A stretch of DNA of 64,000 nt. Origin: Candidatus Latescibacterota bacterium (GTDB lineage: Bacteria; Latescibacterota; UBA2968; UBA8231). The stretch spans positions 1,504,001 through 1,568,000 of the forward strand of contig OZ242214.1 of the NCBI GenBank assembly GCA_965206595.1, read 5' to 3'. The position numbers were made by a program, and so were the translations under genes. This document shows, piece after piece, positions 12,939 to 24,959 of the stretch (position 1 is its first letter; each line of letters starts with the position of its first letter). The notes under the pieces are model-generated. The model saw only the letters and a list, made by a program, of their open reading frames with translations, made no database searches and was not told the origin of the DNA.

Positions 12939-15900
12939 GTGATAAAGATAACTAACTCTCGCAAGCCGACGGACTTCGACTCGATCCGCATCCAGCTCGC
13001 GTCGCCGGACACTATCAGGTCCTGGTCCCACGGGGAGGTTACGAAACCGGAAACGATCAACTACAGGTCCTTCAAGCCGGAGCGCGACGGCCTCTTCTGC
13101 GAGCGCATTTTTGGACCTGTCAAGGACTGGACCTGCCATTGCGGCAAATACAAGGGAATTCGCTATCGCGGCGTTGTATGTGATCGCTGCGGCGTCGAAG
13201 TGACCCAGGCCAAGGTTCGCCGCGAGCGACTCGGCCACATCGAGCTAGCCGTTCCCGTTTCCCATATATGGTATTTCAAGTCCCTGCCGTCGCGAATCGG
13301 AGCGTTGCTCGACGTGTCGATGCGCAACCTCGAGCGCATCCTCTATTACGAGTCCTACGTGGTGATCGATCCCGGTGATTCCGATCTAGAGAAGATGGCA
13401 CTTCTGACCGAAGAGGAGTTGATGGAGGTGCAGGAGCAGGGCTATGACCCCGTAGTCGGCATGGGAGCCCCGGTCGTGCAGGATCTGCTCGCCGACATCG
13501 ATATCGAGGAGCTCTCAGCGGAGTTGCGCGCCCGGGTGCGCATGGAAACATCGGTTCAGCGCAAGCAGGAGGCATTGAAACGCTTGAAGGTGGTCGAGGC
13601 CTTTCGTCAGTCCGAGAACAGGCCGCAGTGGATGATCCTCGACGTGATTCCGGTGATTCCCCCCGACCTTCGGCCCCTGGTCCCCTTGGAAGGGGGCCGC
13701 TTTGCGACGTCCGACCTCAACGATCTCTACCGTCGGGTGATCAATCGCAACAATCGTCTCAAGAAGCTCATTGGCATAAAAGCACCCGAGGTTATTCTGC
13801 GCAACGAGAAGCGCATGCTTCAGGAAGCGGTTGACGCCTTGTTCGACAACGGCCGCCGCTCCCGCGCGGTGCGTGGCGACGGCAACCGCTCGCTCAAGTC
13901 GTTGAGCGATCTGCTCAAAGGTAAACAGGGGCGTTTTCGCCAGAATCTTCTGGGAAAACGCGTCGATTATTCAGGCCGTTCGGTGATCGTCGTCGGGCCA
14001 GAGCTCAAGCTGCACCAGTGCGGCCTTCCTAAAGGAATGGCCTTGGAGCTTTTCAAGCCGTTCGTGATCCGCAAGCTCGAGGAGAAGGGCTTGGTCCAGA
14101 CGGTCAAGAGCGCCAAGAAGCTGGTCGAGAGAGAACGGCCCGAGGTCTGGGACATTCTTGAGGAGATAATCCAGGATCATTGCGTCCTTCTCAACCGCGC
14201 CCCGACGCTTCACCGTCTCGGCATCCAAGCATTCCAACCGATTCTCGTCGAGGGCAAAGCGGTCCAGTTGCACCCATTGGTATGTGCCGCGTTCAACGCC
14301 GATTTCGACGGCGATCAGATGGCCGTACACGTGCCCCTCTCGTTCGAATCCCAGATCGAGGCGCGGCTTTTGATGTTGTCTTCGCAGAATCTGCTCAAGC
14401 CGGCAGACGGCGAGCCGGTGATAATGATGGATCCGAAGGACATCGTTCTCGGCAGCTACTACCTGACCAAAGTTCGATTCAGCGCCGCGGACAAAGTTGA
14501 ACGTCGCTTCTCTAGCCCTACCGAGGCGATTGCCGCATTCGATAGCGAGCGAATCGGCATGCACCAGCCGATCAAGGTCCGCGTCAAAGGGAATCTCGTC
14601 GACACCACCGTTGGAAGATTGCTCTTCAACGAAGCGATGCCCCCCGAGATGGAATTCGTCAATCAGAACATCGAAAAGGGGGACATCAAGAAGATCACCG
14701 GGGAGGTTTACCGCGTGATGGGCAATCGTCGTACGGCGGAGTTTGTCGACGATTTGAAACATCTTGGGTACAATCACGCGACGCTCGCAGGAATAACGGT
14801 TTCCGTGGATGATGTCGTCGTACCGGCTGAAAAGGACGAAATCATCAACGGGGCGTTGAGCGAAGTCGAGAAGGTACGAGAGCAGTACGCCAACGGCATC
14901 ATTACCGACGGCGAGCGCTACAACAAGATCATCGACATCTGGACGCACGCCACCTCGTCGGTATCGCGCGCTGTCCAGTCGGCGCTTGAAAATGCCGAAG
15001 AGGGTTTCAACTCGGTCTTTATTATGAAGGATTCCGGCGCCCGGGGAAGCGAGGACCAGATCAAGCAACTAGGCGGCATGCGCGGCTTGATGAACAAACC
15101 TCAGAAGAAACTCACCGGTGCGGTTGGCGAGATAATCGAGACGCCTATCATTGCCTCGCTCAAAGAGGGCCTGTCCGTTCTCGAGTACTTCATTTCGACG
15201 CACGGTGCCCGCAAGGGGCTGGCGGACACCGCACTGAAGACGGCCGAAGCCGGATATCTGACGCGCCGCATGGTCGATGTCGCCCAAGACGTCGTGGTAA
15301 GCGAAGAGGACTGCGGAACCGGACAAGGGCTGTGGGTTGGCGCCCTGAAGGACGGCGAGGAGATCGTCGAACCTCTGGCGGATCGCATCCTCGGCCGTGT
15401 GCTTCTGGAGGACGTTGTCGACACCGAAGACAATGCAGTGGTGAAGGCGGGCACCCTGCTGGAGGAGGGGGATGCGGATGGAACCGCCCAGACCGGGATT
15501 GATCGGGTGCGCATTCGTTCGGTTCTCACCTGTGAGTCGGAGCGTGGCGTTTGCGCAAAATGTTACGGTCGTAACTTGGCTACCGGAAAGATCGTGAACG
15601 TAGGGGAAGCCGTCGGGGTAATTGCAGCGCAGAGTATTGGGGAGCCTGGTACGCAGCTGACCTTGCGAACCTTCCACATCGGAGGCACCGCCAGCCGCAT
15701 TGCCGAACAATCCCAGATCAACGCTCGCCGCAACGGTACCGTGCAATTCACCAATATCGTCACCGTCGACCATCCCGATCTCGGGTCGGTGGTGGTCGGC
15801 CGCAACGGAGTGATTGTACTGCGGGATCAGCAAAATCGGGGCCGCGGCACAGTGAGCGTTCCCTACGGGGCAAATCTGAAAGTGGTTGACGGCGAGTTCG

Positions 15901-17042
15901 TCGACGCCTCACAGGTTCTGTACGAATGGGACCCTTACAACCACGGCATCGTCGCCGACCGTGCCGGGCAAGTTCGGTTCACCGACATCGTCGAAGATGT
16001 CACCTTGCGGGAGGAATTCGACGAAACCACCGGCATGACCGCCCGCGTCATCGTCGAACAGCGTGACCGCTCGTTGAGTCCCCAGCTGGAGGTGGTGTCG
16101 CCCAGGGAGGGAACGAGATCATTTATAATCCCGGTCGGTGCTCGCCTGCTGGTCAGCGACGGTGAGGAGGTTCCCGCCGGAACGGTCTTGGTCAAGATTC
16201 CCCGCGAGCGCACCAAGACGCGGGATATTACCGGCGGCCTTCCCCGGGTGGCGGAACTTTTCGAAGCCAGGCGTCCCAAGGAGCCGGCGGTGATTTCCGA
16301 GATCGACGGTGAGGTTTTGTTCGGCGGCATGGTGCGCGGAAATCGTGAGGTGCTCGTGACTTCTCCGGAGGGAGAAGAGCGCAAGTACCTGGTGCCGTAC
16401 GGCAAGCACCTGCGAGTGCAGGAGGGAGATCAGATCGAGGCCGGAGAACGGCTGTCTGAGGGTGCGGTCAATCCTCACGACATTCTGCAGGTCCAGGGTG
16501 TTCACATGGTTCAGGAGTACCTTGTGAACGAAATCCAGGATGTGTATCGCCTGCAGGCCGTCGAGATCAACGACAAGCATATCGAGGTCATCGTCCGCCA
16601 GATGCTGCAAAAGGTCCGTGTGCTCGATCCGGGGGATACCAACTTTCTCGAGGGCGAGGAAGTCGACAAGATCAGGTTCAACAGAGAGAACGGAAAAGTC
16701 ATTACCGACGGCGGCGACCCCGCAACCTGTCAGTCCATACTTCTCGGAATCACGCGTGCTTCGTTGCGCACCGACAGCTTCATTTCCGCGGCTTCGTTCC
16801 AGGAAACGACGCGAGTACTGACCGAGGCGGCGGTTCAGGGCAAGGTCGACCACCTCAGGGGACTGAAGGAAAACGTGATTATCGGACGGCTGATCCCGGC
16901 AGGAACAGGAACCTCGATGTATCGAACGGTATCCTACACCGATCTCGAACCAGAGCTCGATGAGATTCTCGAAAATGCCGGTAACGGTGAGGCACCGGAC
17001 AGCGACTTTAGGGCGGAAGGAGCGACCGTTTTCAGCGAATGA
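12939..17042 (+). CDS. rpoC: RNA polymerase beta' subunit
   Basis: [12 protein letters not shown] catalytic motif, N-terminal zinc finger, [11 protein letters not shown]. Confidence 0.99.
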   Translation: MIKITNSRKPTDFDSIRIQLASPDTIRSWSHGEVTKPETINYRSFKPERDGLFCERIFGPVKDWTCHCGKYKGIRYRGVVCDRCGVEVTQAKVRRERLGHIELAVPVSHIWYFKSLPSRIGALLDVSMRNLERILYYESYVVIDPGDSDLEKMALLTEEELMEVQEQGYDPVVGMGAPVVQDLLADIDIEELSAELRARVRMETSVQRKQEALKRLKVVEAFRQSENRPQWMILDVIPVIPPDLRPLVPLEGGRFATSDLNDLYRRVINRNNRLKKLIGIKAPEVILRNEKRMLQEAVDALFDNGRRSRAVRGDGNRSLKSLSDLLKGKQGRFRQNLLGKRVDYSGRSVIVVGPELKLHQCGLPKGMALELFKPFVIRKLEEKGLVQTVKSAKKLVERERPEVWDILEEIIQDHCVLLNRAPTLHRLGIQAFQPILVEGKAVQLHPLVCAAFNADFDGDQMAVHVPLSFESQIEARLLMLSSQNLLKPADGEPVIMMDPKDIVLGSYYLTKVRFSAADKVERRFSSPTEAIAAFDSERIGMHQPIKVRVKGNLVDTTVGRLLFNEAMPPEMEFVNQNIEKGDIKKITGEVYRVMGNRRTAEFVDDLKHLGYNHATLAGITVSVDDVVVPAEKDEIINGALSEVEKVREQYANGIITDGERYNKIIDIWTHATSSVSRAVQSALENAEEGFNSVFIMKDSGARGSEDQIKQLGGMRGLMNKPQKKLTGAVGEIIETPIIASLKEGLSVLEYFISTHGARKGLADTALKTAEAGYLTRRMVDVAQDVVVSEEDCGTGQGLWVGALKDGEEIVEPLADRILGRVLLEDVVDTEDNAVVKAGTLLEEGDADGTAQTGIDRVRIRSVLTCESERGVCAKCYGRNLATGKIVNVGEAVGVIAAQSIGEPGTQLTLRTFHIGGTASRIAEQSQINARRNGTVQFTNIVTVDHPDLGSVVVGRNGVIVLRDQQNRGRGTVSVPYGANLKVVDGEFVDASQVLYEWDPYNHGIVADRAGQVRFTDIVEDVTLREEFDETTGMTARVIVEQRDRSLSPQLEVVSPREGTRSFIIPVGARLLVSDGEEVPAGTVLVKIPRERTKTRDITGGLPRVAELFEARRPKEPAVISEIDGEVLFGGMVRGNREVLVTSPEGEERKYLVPYGKHLRVQEGDQIEAGERLSEGAVNPHDILQVQGVHMVQEYLVNEIQDVYRLQAVEINDKHIEVIVRQMLQKVRVLDPGDTNFLEGEEVDKIRFNRENGKVITDGGDPATCQSILLGITRASLRTDSFISAASFQETTRVLTEAAVQGKVDHLRGLKENVIIGRLIPAGTGTSMYRTVSYTDLEPELDEILENAGNGEAPDSDFRAEGATVFSE

Positions 17043-17079
17043 TAGGGAAGTACATTTCGGTTAATGGACGTTGAGGCAG

Positions 17080-17108
17080 TTGACGCATATAAAGTTTATG
17101 GTTAGATT
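17080..17108 (+). promoter_or_regulatory. Putative sigma70 promoter of the str operon
   Basis: TTGACG-17 bp-TAGATT in the AT-rich rpoC-rpsL spacer. Confidence 0.55.
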
Positions 17109-17279
17109 ATGAGCTTATCCCAAACCCGAAGCTTCTGAACGATAGAAGGCCGCCTGTGCTCTCCCAGGGCAGCCAACGAGGGGCGAGGGGGGATACAGAT
17201 GGCTTTGGTTTTGACTTTTAAGATGAATGGAATCAGTTGCTGCGGGAACACTCTAAGACTCGAACTAATCCGGTAGAAA

Positions 17280-17651
17280 TTGCCGACCATAAACCAACTG
17301 GTCCGTAAGGGCCGCAAGAAACTGTCGAAGCGTCGAGATGCCCCGGCCCTGCAGGGGTGTCCACAGCGGCGTGGCGTTTGCACGCGCGTTTACACGACGA
17401 CTCCGAAGAAGCCGAACTCGGCACTGAGAAAAATGGCACGCGTTCGGCTTACTACGGGACAGGAAGTGGCCGCCTACATCCCGGGTGAGGGAAATAATCT
17501 CCAGGAGCACTCGATCGTTCTGGTTCGTGGGGGCAGGGTCAAGGATGTTCCGGGTGTCCGCTACCACATAATTCGCGGAGTTCTCGACACGAGTGGGGTG
17601 TCGGAGCGCAAGCAGGGTCGCTCGAAATACGGAGCGAGGAAGGAATCCTGA
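17280..17651 (+). CDS. rpsL: 30S ribosomal protein S12
   Basis: [37 protein letters not shown]. Confidence 0.98.
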   Translation: MPTINQLVRKGRKKLSKRRDAPALQGCPQRRGVCTRVYTTTPKKPNSALRKMARVRLTTGQEVAAYIPGEGNNLQEHSIVLVRGGRVKDVPGVRYHIIRGVLDTSGVSERKQGRSKYGARKES

Positions 17652-18121
17652 TGTCGCGCAGGCGCAGGGCCGTCAAACGCCAAAAACTTCCGGATCCCAA
17701 ATACAACAGTGTGTTGACGACCCGGTTCATCAACTGTCTCATGACGAGGGGCAAGAAGAGCGTGGCGGAGCGCATCTTCTATCATGCCGTGGAGATGGTG
17801 ACCCGGAGATCGGATCAGCAGGGGATCGACGTGTTCATGAAGGCAGTGGAAAACTGCAAGCCAATGGTCATCACCAAATCCCGGCGTGTGGGATCGCAGA
17901 CCTACCAGGTGCCCCTTGAGGTCCGTCCTGAGGAACGCACCACGCGCGCGATTAAGTGGCTCATACGGTACGCCCGCGAGCGCTCCGAACGGACAATGGC
18001 CGACCGGCTTGCCAACGAGCTTCTCGCCGCTTCCAAAGGGGAAGGGGGGGCGGTGCGTGCCCGTGATGACGTTCACCGAATGGCCGAAGCCAACAAGGCT
18101 TTCGCTCACTACCGATTCTAA
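17651..18121 (+). CDS. rpsG: 30S ribosomal protein S7
   Basis: PDPKYNS, GKKSVAE, HRMAEANKAFAHYR. Confidence 0.98.
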   Translation: MSRRRRAVKRQKLPDPKYNSVLTTRFINCLMTRGKKSVAERIFYHAVEMVTRRSDQQGIDVFMKAVENCKPMVITKSRRVGSQTYQVPLEVRPEERTTRAIKWLIRYARERSERTMADRLANELLAASKGEGGAVRARDDVHRMAEANKAFAHYRF

Positions 18122-18142
18122 GACGTTTCACTAGGCGATTTC

Positions 18143-20221
18143 ATGGCACGCAATTTTACCATAGAAGCTACCCGGAACATTGGCATCGCCGCCCATATCG
18201 ATGCGGGCAAGACGACTACGACCGAACGGATCTTGTATTACGCCGGGCGCCTGCATCGCATGGGGGAAGTCCATGACGGCACCACGGCCATGGACTGGAT
18301 GGATCAAGAGCGCGAACGCGGCATAACGATCACCTCGGCTGCTACGGCCTGCGAGTGGAAGGGTCATCAGATAAACATCATTGACACCCCCGGACACGTC
18401 GATTTCACCGCCGAAGTCGAACGTTCTCTTCGGGTGCTCGATGGTTCAATCGGAGTCTTTTGCGCCGTCGGTGGAGTCGAACCGCAGTCCGAGACGGTCT
18501 GGCGACAGGCCGACCGCTACCGAGTGCCCCGTATTGCATTTGTCAATAAAATGGATCGAAATGGGGCGGATTTTTTGCGCGTCCTCGAAATGCTACACGA
18601 CCGGCTCGGCAGCAATTTCGTCCCGATTCAGCTCCCGATCGGTTCCGGCGAAACTTATACCGGATTGATCGACCTGATCGATATGAAGGCGACGACCTAC
18701 GAAGAGATGTCGCTGGGTGCGAAATTTCACGAAGGGGAGATCCCTGACGATCTGCTGCCTCAGGCGCTCGAGTATCGCGAGAAAATGCTCGAGTCAGTGG
18801 CCGAGTTCGACGATCACCTGCTCGAGAAGTTTCTCGAAGGGCAGGAGATCGCGCGTAGCGAACTCGTCTCGGCGCTGAGAAAGGCGACGATTTCGCTGAA
18901 GGCGGTGCCGGTGGTTTGTGGAAGTGCCTTCCGCTACAAGGGAGTGCAGAAACTGATCGATGCGGTGGTGGATCTGCTGCCGTCCCCGGTTGACGTGCCG
19001 CCGGTTTCCGGTGCAGTGCCGCACGGGGAAGAGGTCGTGCAGCGCGTCGCCGCCGATTGTGAGCCTTTCGCCGGCTTGGCATTCAAAATAATGACTGATC
19101 CCTTTGTCGGCAGATTGTCCTTCGTCCGGGTTTATTCCGGGACCTTGGAGGCTGGGTCGTACATATACAATCCTGGGACTGGCAAACGCGAGCGCGTCTC
19201 ACGCCTTCTCGAGATGCACGCCAACGACCGCACCGAGCGCAAGGCTGTGCACGCCGGCGACATAGTCGCCGTTGTAGGTTTGAAGGACACCACCACCGGC
19301 GATACGCTTTGCGATGAAAGTCACCCCCTGCTGCTCGAGAAGATCGAATTCGCGAAGCCGGTCTTGCACGTAGCGGTTGAACCGAAAACCCGCGCCGATC
19401 AGGAGCAGTTGTTCGCTGCCCTTACTAAGCTCAGCGACGAAGACCCGACCTTCGTCGTACGCATCGATGAAGAGACCGGGCAGACCGTCATTTCAGGGAT
19501 GGGGGAATTGCACCTCGAGGTTCTGCTCGATCGCCTTTCGAGGGAGTTCAGAGTAACGGCGAAAGTTGGCAAGCCGCAGGTTGCGTATAAAGAAGGTTTG
19601 GGGCGGGGGGTGCGGGCTACCGGCCGATTCGTGCGCCAAACGGGTGGTCGCGGCCAGTATGGTCACGTTGAAATCGAAATAGAACCGGGGGACCCGGGAA
19701 GCGGCATGGTTTTCGAATCGAAGATTACAGGCGGCGCCATTCCGCGCGAATACATCTCCTCGGTTCAGCAGGGAATTCAGGAGGCCATGACGAGCGGTCC
19801 GATTGCGGGTTATCCCGTTGAAGACGCTAAGGTCATCTTGCTCGACGGCTCCTACCACGAGGTCGACTCTTCCGAAATGGCCTTCAAGGTGGCCGGTTCG
19901 ATGGCCTTCAGGGACGGGACGAAGAGGGCGAAGCCATTTTTGATGGAACCTGTCATGGACCTTGAGGTCGTCGCCCCGGAGCAGTATCTCGGCGAAGTGA
20001 TTGGCGACCTGACTTCCCATCGTGGCGAAATCCAGGGTGTCAACACGCGGTCCGATGCCCAGGTTGTCGTTTCGCGAATCCCCCTGTCGGAGACTTTCGG
20101 TTACGCGACGCGCCTGAGATCGCTTACGCAGGGGCGAGCGGTTTTCAGCATGCAGTTCGCAAAATATGAGCGGGTTCCGGCCCAGATCAGCGAGGAAATC
20201 GTAGAATCTTCGGGTCGATGA
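18143..20221 (+). CDS. fusA: Elongation factor G
   Basis: [30 protein letters not shown]. Confidence 0.99.
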   Translation: MARNFTIEATRNIGIAAHIDAGKTTTTERILYYAGRLHRMGEVHDGTTAMDWMDQERERGITITSAATACEWKGHQINIIDTPGHVDFTAEVERSLRVLDGSIGVFCAVGGVEPQSETVWRQADRYRVPRIAFVNKMDRNGADFLRVLEMLHDRLGSNFVPIQLPIGSGETYTGLIDLIDMKATTYEEMSLGAKFHEGEIPDDLLPQALEYREKMLESVAEFDDHLLEKFLEGQEIARSELVSALRKATISLKAVPVVCGSAFRYKGVQKLIDAVVDLLPSPVDVPPVSGAVPHGEEVVQRVAADCEPFAGLAFKIMTDPFVGRLSFVRVYSGTLEAGSYIYNPGTGKRERVSRLLEMHANDRTERKAVHAGDIVAVVGLKDTTTGDTLCDESHPLLLEKIEFAKPVLHVAVEPKTRADQEQLFAALTKLSDEDPTFVVRIDEETGQTVISGMGELHLEVLLDRLSREFRVTAKVGKPQVAYKEGLGRGVRATGRFVRQTGGRGQYGHVEIEIEPGDPGSGMVFESKITGGAIPREYISSVQQGIQEAMTSGPIAGYPVEDAKVILLDGSYHEVDSSEMAFKVAGSMAFRDGTKRAKPFLMEPVMDLEVVAPEQYLGEVIGDLTSHRGEIQGVNTRSDAQVVVSRIPLSETFGYATRLRSLTQGRAVFSMQFAKYERVPAQISEEIVESSGR

Positions 20222-20278
20222 TTGGGCTCCGCTTCTACACTGATTCGCAATAGACAGACAAGGAGATCTAAGGACGAC

Positions 20279-21472
20279 ATGGCGAAGGAACAATTCGAAC
20301 GAACGAAACCCCACTTGAACATCGGCACTATCGGGCATGTCGATCACGGAAAAACCACCCTGACCGCGGCGATCACCCTGAATTTGGCCGCCAAGGGCTT
20401 CGCCGAGGCAAGGTCGGTTGACGACATCGACAACGCTCCAGAAGAGAAGGCGCGAGGCGTTACGATCAACGTTTCCCATCAGGAGTATGAAACGGAATCC
20501 CGACATTACGCCCACGTAGACTGTCCCGGACACGCCGACTATATCAAGAACATGATCACCGGCGCCGCCCAAATGGATGGCGCGATTCTCGTTGTCAGCG
20601 CCGCCGATGGACCTATGATTCAGACCCGGGAGCACATCCTGCTTGCCCGCCAAGTCAATGTTCCGCGGATCGTCGTCTACATGAACAAGGTGGACATGGT
20701 GGACGATCCCGAGCTTCTGGATCTCGTAGAACTGGAGACGCGCGAACTGCTGTCCGAATACGATTTTCCAGGTGATGACCTTCCCATCGTTCGTGGATCT
20801 GCCCTGAAAGCGGTAGAAGGGGAGAACAGCGAGATGGGCATGGGGTCAATCGAGGAATTGATGCAACACGTCGACGAGTACATCCCGATGCCGGAAAGGC
20901 CCGTCGACCAGCCTTTCCTGATGCCGGTCGAAGATGTATTCAGCATCACCGGGCGTGGGACTGTCGGGACCGGCCGCATCGAGCGCGGTCGGGTCAAGAC
21001 TGGAGAGGATGTCGAAATCGTCGGCATCAAGGAGACCCGTAAGACGGTGTGTACCGGCGTCGAGATGTTCCGAAAAATCCTCAATGAAGGAGAAGCGGGC
21101 GACAACGTCGGGTTGCTTCTGCGCGGCGTCCAAAAGGAAGAACTGTTCCGCGGAATGGTGCTCTGCCAGCCCGGTAGCATAACTCCGCACACCAAGTTCA
21201 AGGCCGAGGTGTACGTGCTGACGACGAAGGAAGGCGGTCGGGACAAGCCCTTCTTCACGGGGTACCGGCCGCAGTTTTATTTCCGCACGACCGATGTTAC
21301 GGGGGCGATCATCCTACCGGAAGGAACGGAGATGGTCATGCCCGGCGACAACGTCACGATGGATGTCGACTTGACGCCCGTTCCGATCGCGATCGAAGAG
21401 CAGTTGCGCTTTGCGATCCGTGAGGGAGGCCGCACAATCGGGTCCGGCGTCGTGGTCAGCATTGCGGAATAG
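20279..21472 (+). CDS. tuf: Elongation factor Tu
   Basis: [42 protein letters not shown]. Confidence 0.99.
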   Translation: MAKEQFERTKPHLNIGTIGHVDHGKTTLTAAITLNLAAKGFAEARSVDDIDNAPEEKARGVTINVSHQEYETESRHYAHVDCPGHADYIKNMITGAAQMDGAILVVSAADGPMIQTREHILLARQVNVPRIVVYMNKVDMVDDPELLDLVELETRELLSEYDFPGDDLPIVRGSALKAVEGENSEMGMGSIEELMQHVDEYIPMPERPVDQPFLMPVEDVFSITGRGTVGTGRIERGRVKTGEDVEIVGIKETRKTVCTGVEMFRKILNEGEAGDNVGLLLRGVQKEELFRGMVLCQPGSITPHTKFKAEVYVLTTKEGGRDKPFFTGYRPQFYFRTTDVTGAIILPEGTEMVMPGDNVTMDVDLTPVPIAIEEQLRFAIREGGRTIGSGVVVSIAE

Positions 21473-21499
21473 AGAAGCTGGGATAAGCGAGGGTCCACC

Positions 21500-21808
21500 G
21501 TGGCTGTAGATCGAATACGCATACGATTGAAGGCATACGACCATGCCGCCTTGGACAGGTCTGTCGACGAAATCGTTCAGACCGTCCGGCGAAGCGGGGC
21601 GCGAATCGCTGGCCCGGTACCGTTGCCTACCGATAGGACTGTTTACACCGTGCTGCGCGGGCCGCACGTCGACAAGAAATCGCGCGAGCAGTTCGAGACC
21701 CGTATTCACAAACGCCTCATAGACATCTACGATTCCACGCCGCAAACCGTCGATTCTCTGATGAAGCTCGATCTTCCTGCCGGAATCGGCATCGATATCA
21801 AGGTCTGA
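21500..21808 (+). CDS. rpsJ: 30S ribosomal protein S10
   Basis: [25 protein letters not shown]. Confidence 0.98.
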   Translation: MAVDRIRIRLKAYDHAALDRSVDEIVQTVRRSGARIAGPVPLPTDRTVYTVLRGPHVDKKSREQFETRIHKRLIDIYDSTPQTVDSLMKLDLPAGIGIDIKV

Positions 21809-21821
21809 GGGCAGGTTCGCC

Positions 21822-22457
21822 GTGGGCACAAGTGCTGAAATTGTGAATATCGAGGGAGAAACAGTCGGTGCCGTCCAACTTCCTGAATACCTTTTTGGTG
21901 CCGAGGTCAATGAGTACGCAGTCTACAGCGCGGTCGTCGCCTACGAAACCCACCAACGGCAAGGCACTGCCTCCACGAAAACCCGTTCGGAAGTCAAGTG
22001 CACCGGCCGCAAGCACCACCGCCAAAAAGGCACCGGTCAGGCTCGGCGCGGGACGGCCGCCACCAATTTGCTCCGGGGCGGGGGTGTTGCGTTCGGTCCT
22101 AGGCCCCGAGCCTACTCGTCGAAACTCACCAAACAGCTGAAGAAGAAAGCGCTTTTTTCCGCCTTGTCGCTGAAAGGCCGGCGTGGGCGGGTTAAAGTCG
22201 TTCAGGATTTCGAGTTTCCCGAGCCGAGCACCAAGTCTTTTGCCGGCGTGCTTGGAGCGATCGGTCTCAAGGGAGAGAAGGTGCTTTTTGTGACACCTCA
22301 CAGCCAGACGACAATGGTCAAATCCTGCCGCAATATTCCAGGTGTGGAAATAAGGCCTGTAAACAGTGTCTCGACCTACGACGTGGTTTCGGCCGATACA
22401 GTGTTGCTGACAGAAGGGGCGGTAGACGCACTTGCCGGGATTCACTCAGGTAAATGA
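21822..22457 (+). CDS. rplD: 50S ribosomal protein L4
   Basis: RQGTASTKTRSEV, RQKGTG.AR.G, RGGGVAFGPRPR, RNIPGV. Confidence 0.96.
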   Translation: MGTSAEIVNIEGETVGAVQLPEYLFGAEVNEYAVYSAVVAYETHQRQGTASTKTRSEVKCTGRKHHRQKGTGQARRGTAATNLLRGGGVAFGPRPRAYSSKLTKQLKKKALFSALSLKGRRGRVKVVQDFEFPEPSTKSFAGVLGAIGLKGEKVLFVTPHSQTTMVKSCRNIPGVEIRPVNSVSTYDVVSADTVLLTEGAVDALAGIHSGK

Positions 22458-22741
22458 AAAATCCACGCACCGTATTGCACGCCCCCGTCGTCACCGAAAA
22501 GGCGACAAATCTACGCGATCGAAACACCTACACTTTCAAGGTGGATCGACGGGCCAACAAGATCCAGATCCGGCACGCGGTCCAATCGATCTTCGATGTC
22601 AGGGTCCAATCGGTCAGGGTCCTGAACGTGCGTCGAAAACCGAAACGGCAAGGGATGTTCGCAGGTTCCACGAGTGCGTGGAAAAAAGCCTACATCACCT
22701 TGCACGCCGGTGACGCCATCGAAATTCTTGAGGCCGTATAG
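22454..22741 (+). CDS. rplW: 50S ribosomal protein L23
   Basis: [26 protein letters not shown]. Confidence 0.97.
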   Translation: MKNPRTVLHAPVVTEKATNLRDRNTYTFKVDRRANKIQIRHAVQSIFDVRVQSVRVLNVRRKPKRQGMFAGSTSAWKKAYITLHAGDAIEILEAV

Positions 22742-23571
22742 TGGCTGTTAAGAGATTCAGGCCGATCACACCGACGCAGCGCTTCAAAACGGTCAATTCC
22801 TTTGATGAAGTAACGGCTTCATCTCCCGAAAAGAGCCTGACTGCCGCACTGTCAAAATGCGGTGGGCGCAACAACCGAGGCCGCATCACAATGCGCCGCC
22901 GCGGAGGCGGTCACAAACGCCGCTACCGGATTGTCGATTTCAAGCGCGACAAAGACCGGGTGGAAGGGAAGGTGGCGACCATTGAATACGATCCGAACCG
23001 TTCGGCATTCATTGCATTGATCTTCTACCGGGACGGGGAAAAGCGTTACATCCTCGCCCCTCGGGAACTGAAGGTAGGCAGCATCGTGAGTTCAGGACCG
23101 GAGGCTTCGATCGCCGTTGGGAACGCATTGCCTTTGTCGAGGATCCCCGTTGGATCGACGGTTCACAATATTGAGCTGAACCCCGGGCAGGGCGCTCGTC
23201 TGGCTCGCAGTGCCGGGGTCGGAGTTCAGCTCATGACAAGGGACGAACGCCGGGCGCAGTTGAGAATGCCTTCCGGGGAGATTCGGGAAGTTCCGGTGGA
23301 GTGCCGTGCTACGTTGGGTCAAATAGGCAATGCGGATCACCGCAACGTGGTTCTCGGCAAGGCAGGCAGGTCGCGCTGGCTCGGCAGGCGACCGAAGGTC
23401 CGAGGGGTGGTGATGAATCCGGTTGATCATCCGCATGGTGGGGGCGAGGGAAGGTCATCGGGAGGGAGGCATCCCGTGACCCCATGGGGTAAGCCTACCA
23501 AGGGACGCAAGACTCGCCGCAGGGGCAAGAAGTCGGACGCCTGGATAGTCCGGCGGCGACGAGTCAAGTAG
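22741..23571 (+). CDS. rplB: 50S ribosomal protein L2
   Basis: [31 protein letters not shown]. Confidence 0.99.
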   Translation: MAVKRFRPITPTQRFKTVNSFDEVTASSPEKSLTAALSKCGGRNNRGRITMRRRGGGHKRRYRIVDFKRDKDRVEGKVATIEYDPNRSAFIALIFYRDGEKRYILAPRELKVGSIVSSGPEASIAVGNALPLSRIPVGSTVHNIELNPGQGARLARSAGVGVQLMTRDERRAQLRMPSGEIREVPVECRATLGQIGNADHRNVVLGKAGRSRWLGRRPKVRGVVMNPVDHPHGGGEGRSSGGRHPVTPWGKPTKGRKTRRRGKKSDAWIVRRRRVK

Positions 23572-23592
23572 GCAACCGGGTAGAGAACGCAT

Positions 23593-23880
23593 ATGGGTAG
23601 ATCTGTGAAAAAGGGTCCGTTTGTCGACGACAAGCTGGCTTCCAGGATCGAAAACCTGAACAGAACGGGGGAGAAAAAGGTGCTGCAGACTTGGTCCAGG
23701 CGATCTACCATAACGCCTGATTTTCTCGGGCATACGCTCGCCGTTCACAATGGCAACAAGTTCATCCCCGTCTACATCACCGAGAATATGGTCGGCCACA
23801 AGCTCGGGGAGTTCGCGCCGACCCGAACCTTTCGCGGCCACGGTGGCCGGGCAACCGAGCGCACCACGGGAGTCCGCTGA
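23593..23880 (+). CDS. rpsS: 30S ribosomal protein S19
   Basis: [29 protein letters not shown]. Confidence 0.98.
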   Translation: MGRSVKKGPFVDDKLASRIENLNRTGEKKVLQTWSRRSTITPDFLGHTLAVHNGNKFIPVYITENMVGHKLGEFAPTRTFRGHGGRATERTTGVR

Positions 23881-23887
23881 AATTCCA

Positions 23888-24277
23888 ATGCGAGCGAGAG
23901 CAGTTGCCAGACAGGTCGGTGTTCCGGCCACCAAGGTGCGTCAGGTTATCGATCTGATCCGCAGCAGGCCTGTGGAAGAAGCGCTTACCATCCTTCGGTT
24001 TTCGAATAGAGCGGTGGCGAAAACCGTCGAAAAGACTCTGCGCTCGGCCATTGCCAATGCCATCAATCAGGACGAAGAGAACCCGGTCGACGCCGACGAC
24101 TTGGTCGTCGGATCGATTTTCGCCGACGAAGGGCGAGATTTGAAGCGGATCAGACCGCGCGCCCGCGGCGCCGCCCATCGGATCCGCAAACGCCACAGCC
24201 ATATCACCGTCATCGTAACCGACGAGACTGGTCCGGCGGCCAATCATGCGAACGTGAAAAAACAAGGGCAGGAGTAG
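23888..24277 (+). CDS. rplV: 50S ribosomal protein L22
   Basis: [27 protein letters not shown]...KRHSHIT; ATG at 23888. Confidence 0.96.
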   Translation: MRARAVARQVGVPATKVRQVIDLIRSRPVEEALTILRFSNRAVAKTVEKTLRSAIANAINQDEENPVDADDLVVGSIFADEGRDLKRIRPRARGAAHRIRKRHSHITVIVTDETGPAANHANVKKQGQE

Positions 24278-24948
24278 TGGGTCAGAAAACACATCCATAC
24301 GGATTCAGGCTGGGCATCATTAAGGGATGGCGCTCCAACTGGTTTACCGACAAGGAATACCCGGAACTCCTCAAGGAGGATTTGATGCTGCGTCGGTACA
24401 TCCAACAGCGCCTGCAAAGGGCCGGTGTCTCCCGTATCAACATCGAACGCCGTCCCAAGAGAGTGACAATCGAAGTATTCACCGCGCGTCCGGGGATCGC
24501 CATCGGCCGACGGGGTGCCGAAGTCGACAAGCTGAGGGACGAGTTGAAGCAGCTGACCGCCAAGGACGTGTCGCTGAATATTCAGGAAGTGAAGAAACCG
24601 GAACTGGACGCCCAACTGGTCGCGGACAACCTCGCACGTCAGCTGGAGCAGAGAGTCGCCTTTCGTCGCGCAATCAAGAAGTCGGTTGCATCGTCGATGC
24701 GCATGGGTGCCGAAGGAATCCGCATTGTCTGCTCAGGTCGCATCGGCGGGGCCGAGATGTCTAGGCGCGAGCGTTCCGAGCCCGCGGGGAGGGTTCCTCT
24801 GCACACGCTCCGCGCCGACATCGACTACGCCACCGCGACTGCTTTCACGATATCGGGGACGGTAGGGGTGAAGGTCTGGATTTGCCATGGAGAGGTCGTC
24901 GAGGAGGACGGAATGACGACTGACGGCATCGGACAAAGACAGGGATAA
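24277..24948 (+). CDS. rpsC: 30S ribosomal protein S3
   Basis: [35 protein letters not shown]. Confidence 0.98.
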   Translation: MGQKTHPYGFRLGIIKGWRSNWFTDKEYPELLKEDLMLRRYIQQRLQRAGVSRINIERRPKRVTIEVFTARPGIAIGRRGAEVDKLRDELKQLTAKDVSLNIQEVKKPELDAQLVADNLARQLEQRVAFRRAIKKSVASSMRMGAEGIRIVCSGRIGGAEMSRRERSEPAGRVPLHTLRADIDYATATAFTISGTVGVKVWICHGEVVEEDGMTTDGIGQRQG

Positions 24949-24959
24949 GTGTACAACCC

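Noticed and set aside
17403-17545. Streptomycin-resistance alleles in rpsL
   Set aside because: The K42 (PKKPNS) and K87 (RVKD) equivalents are wild type
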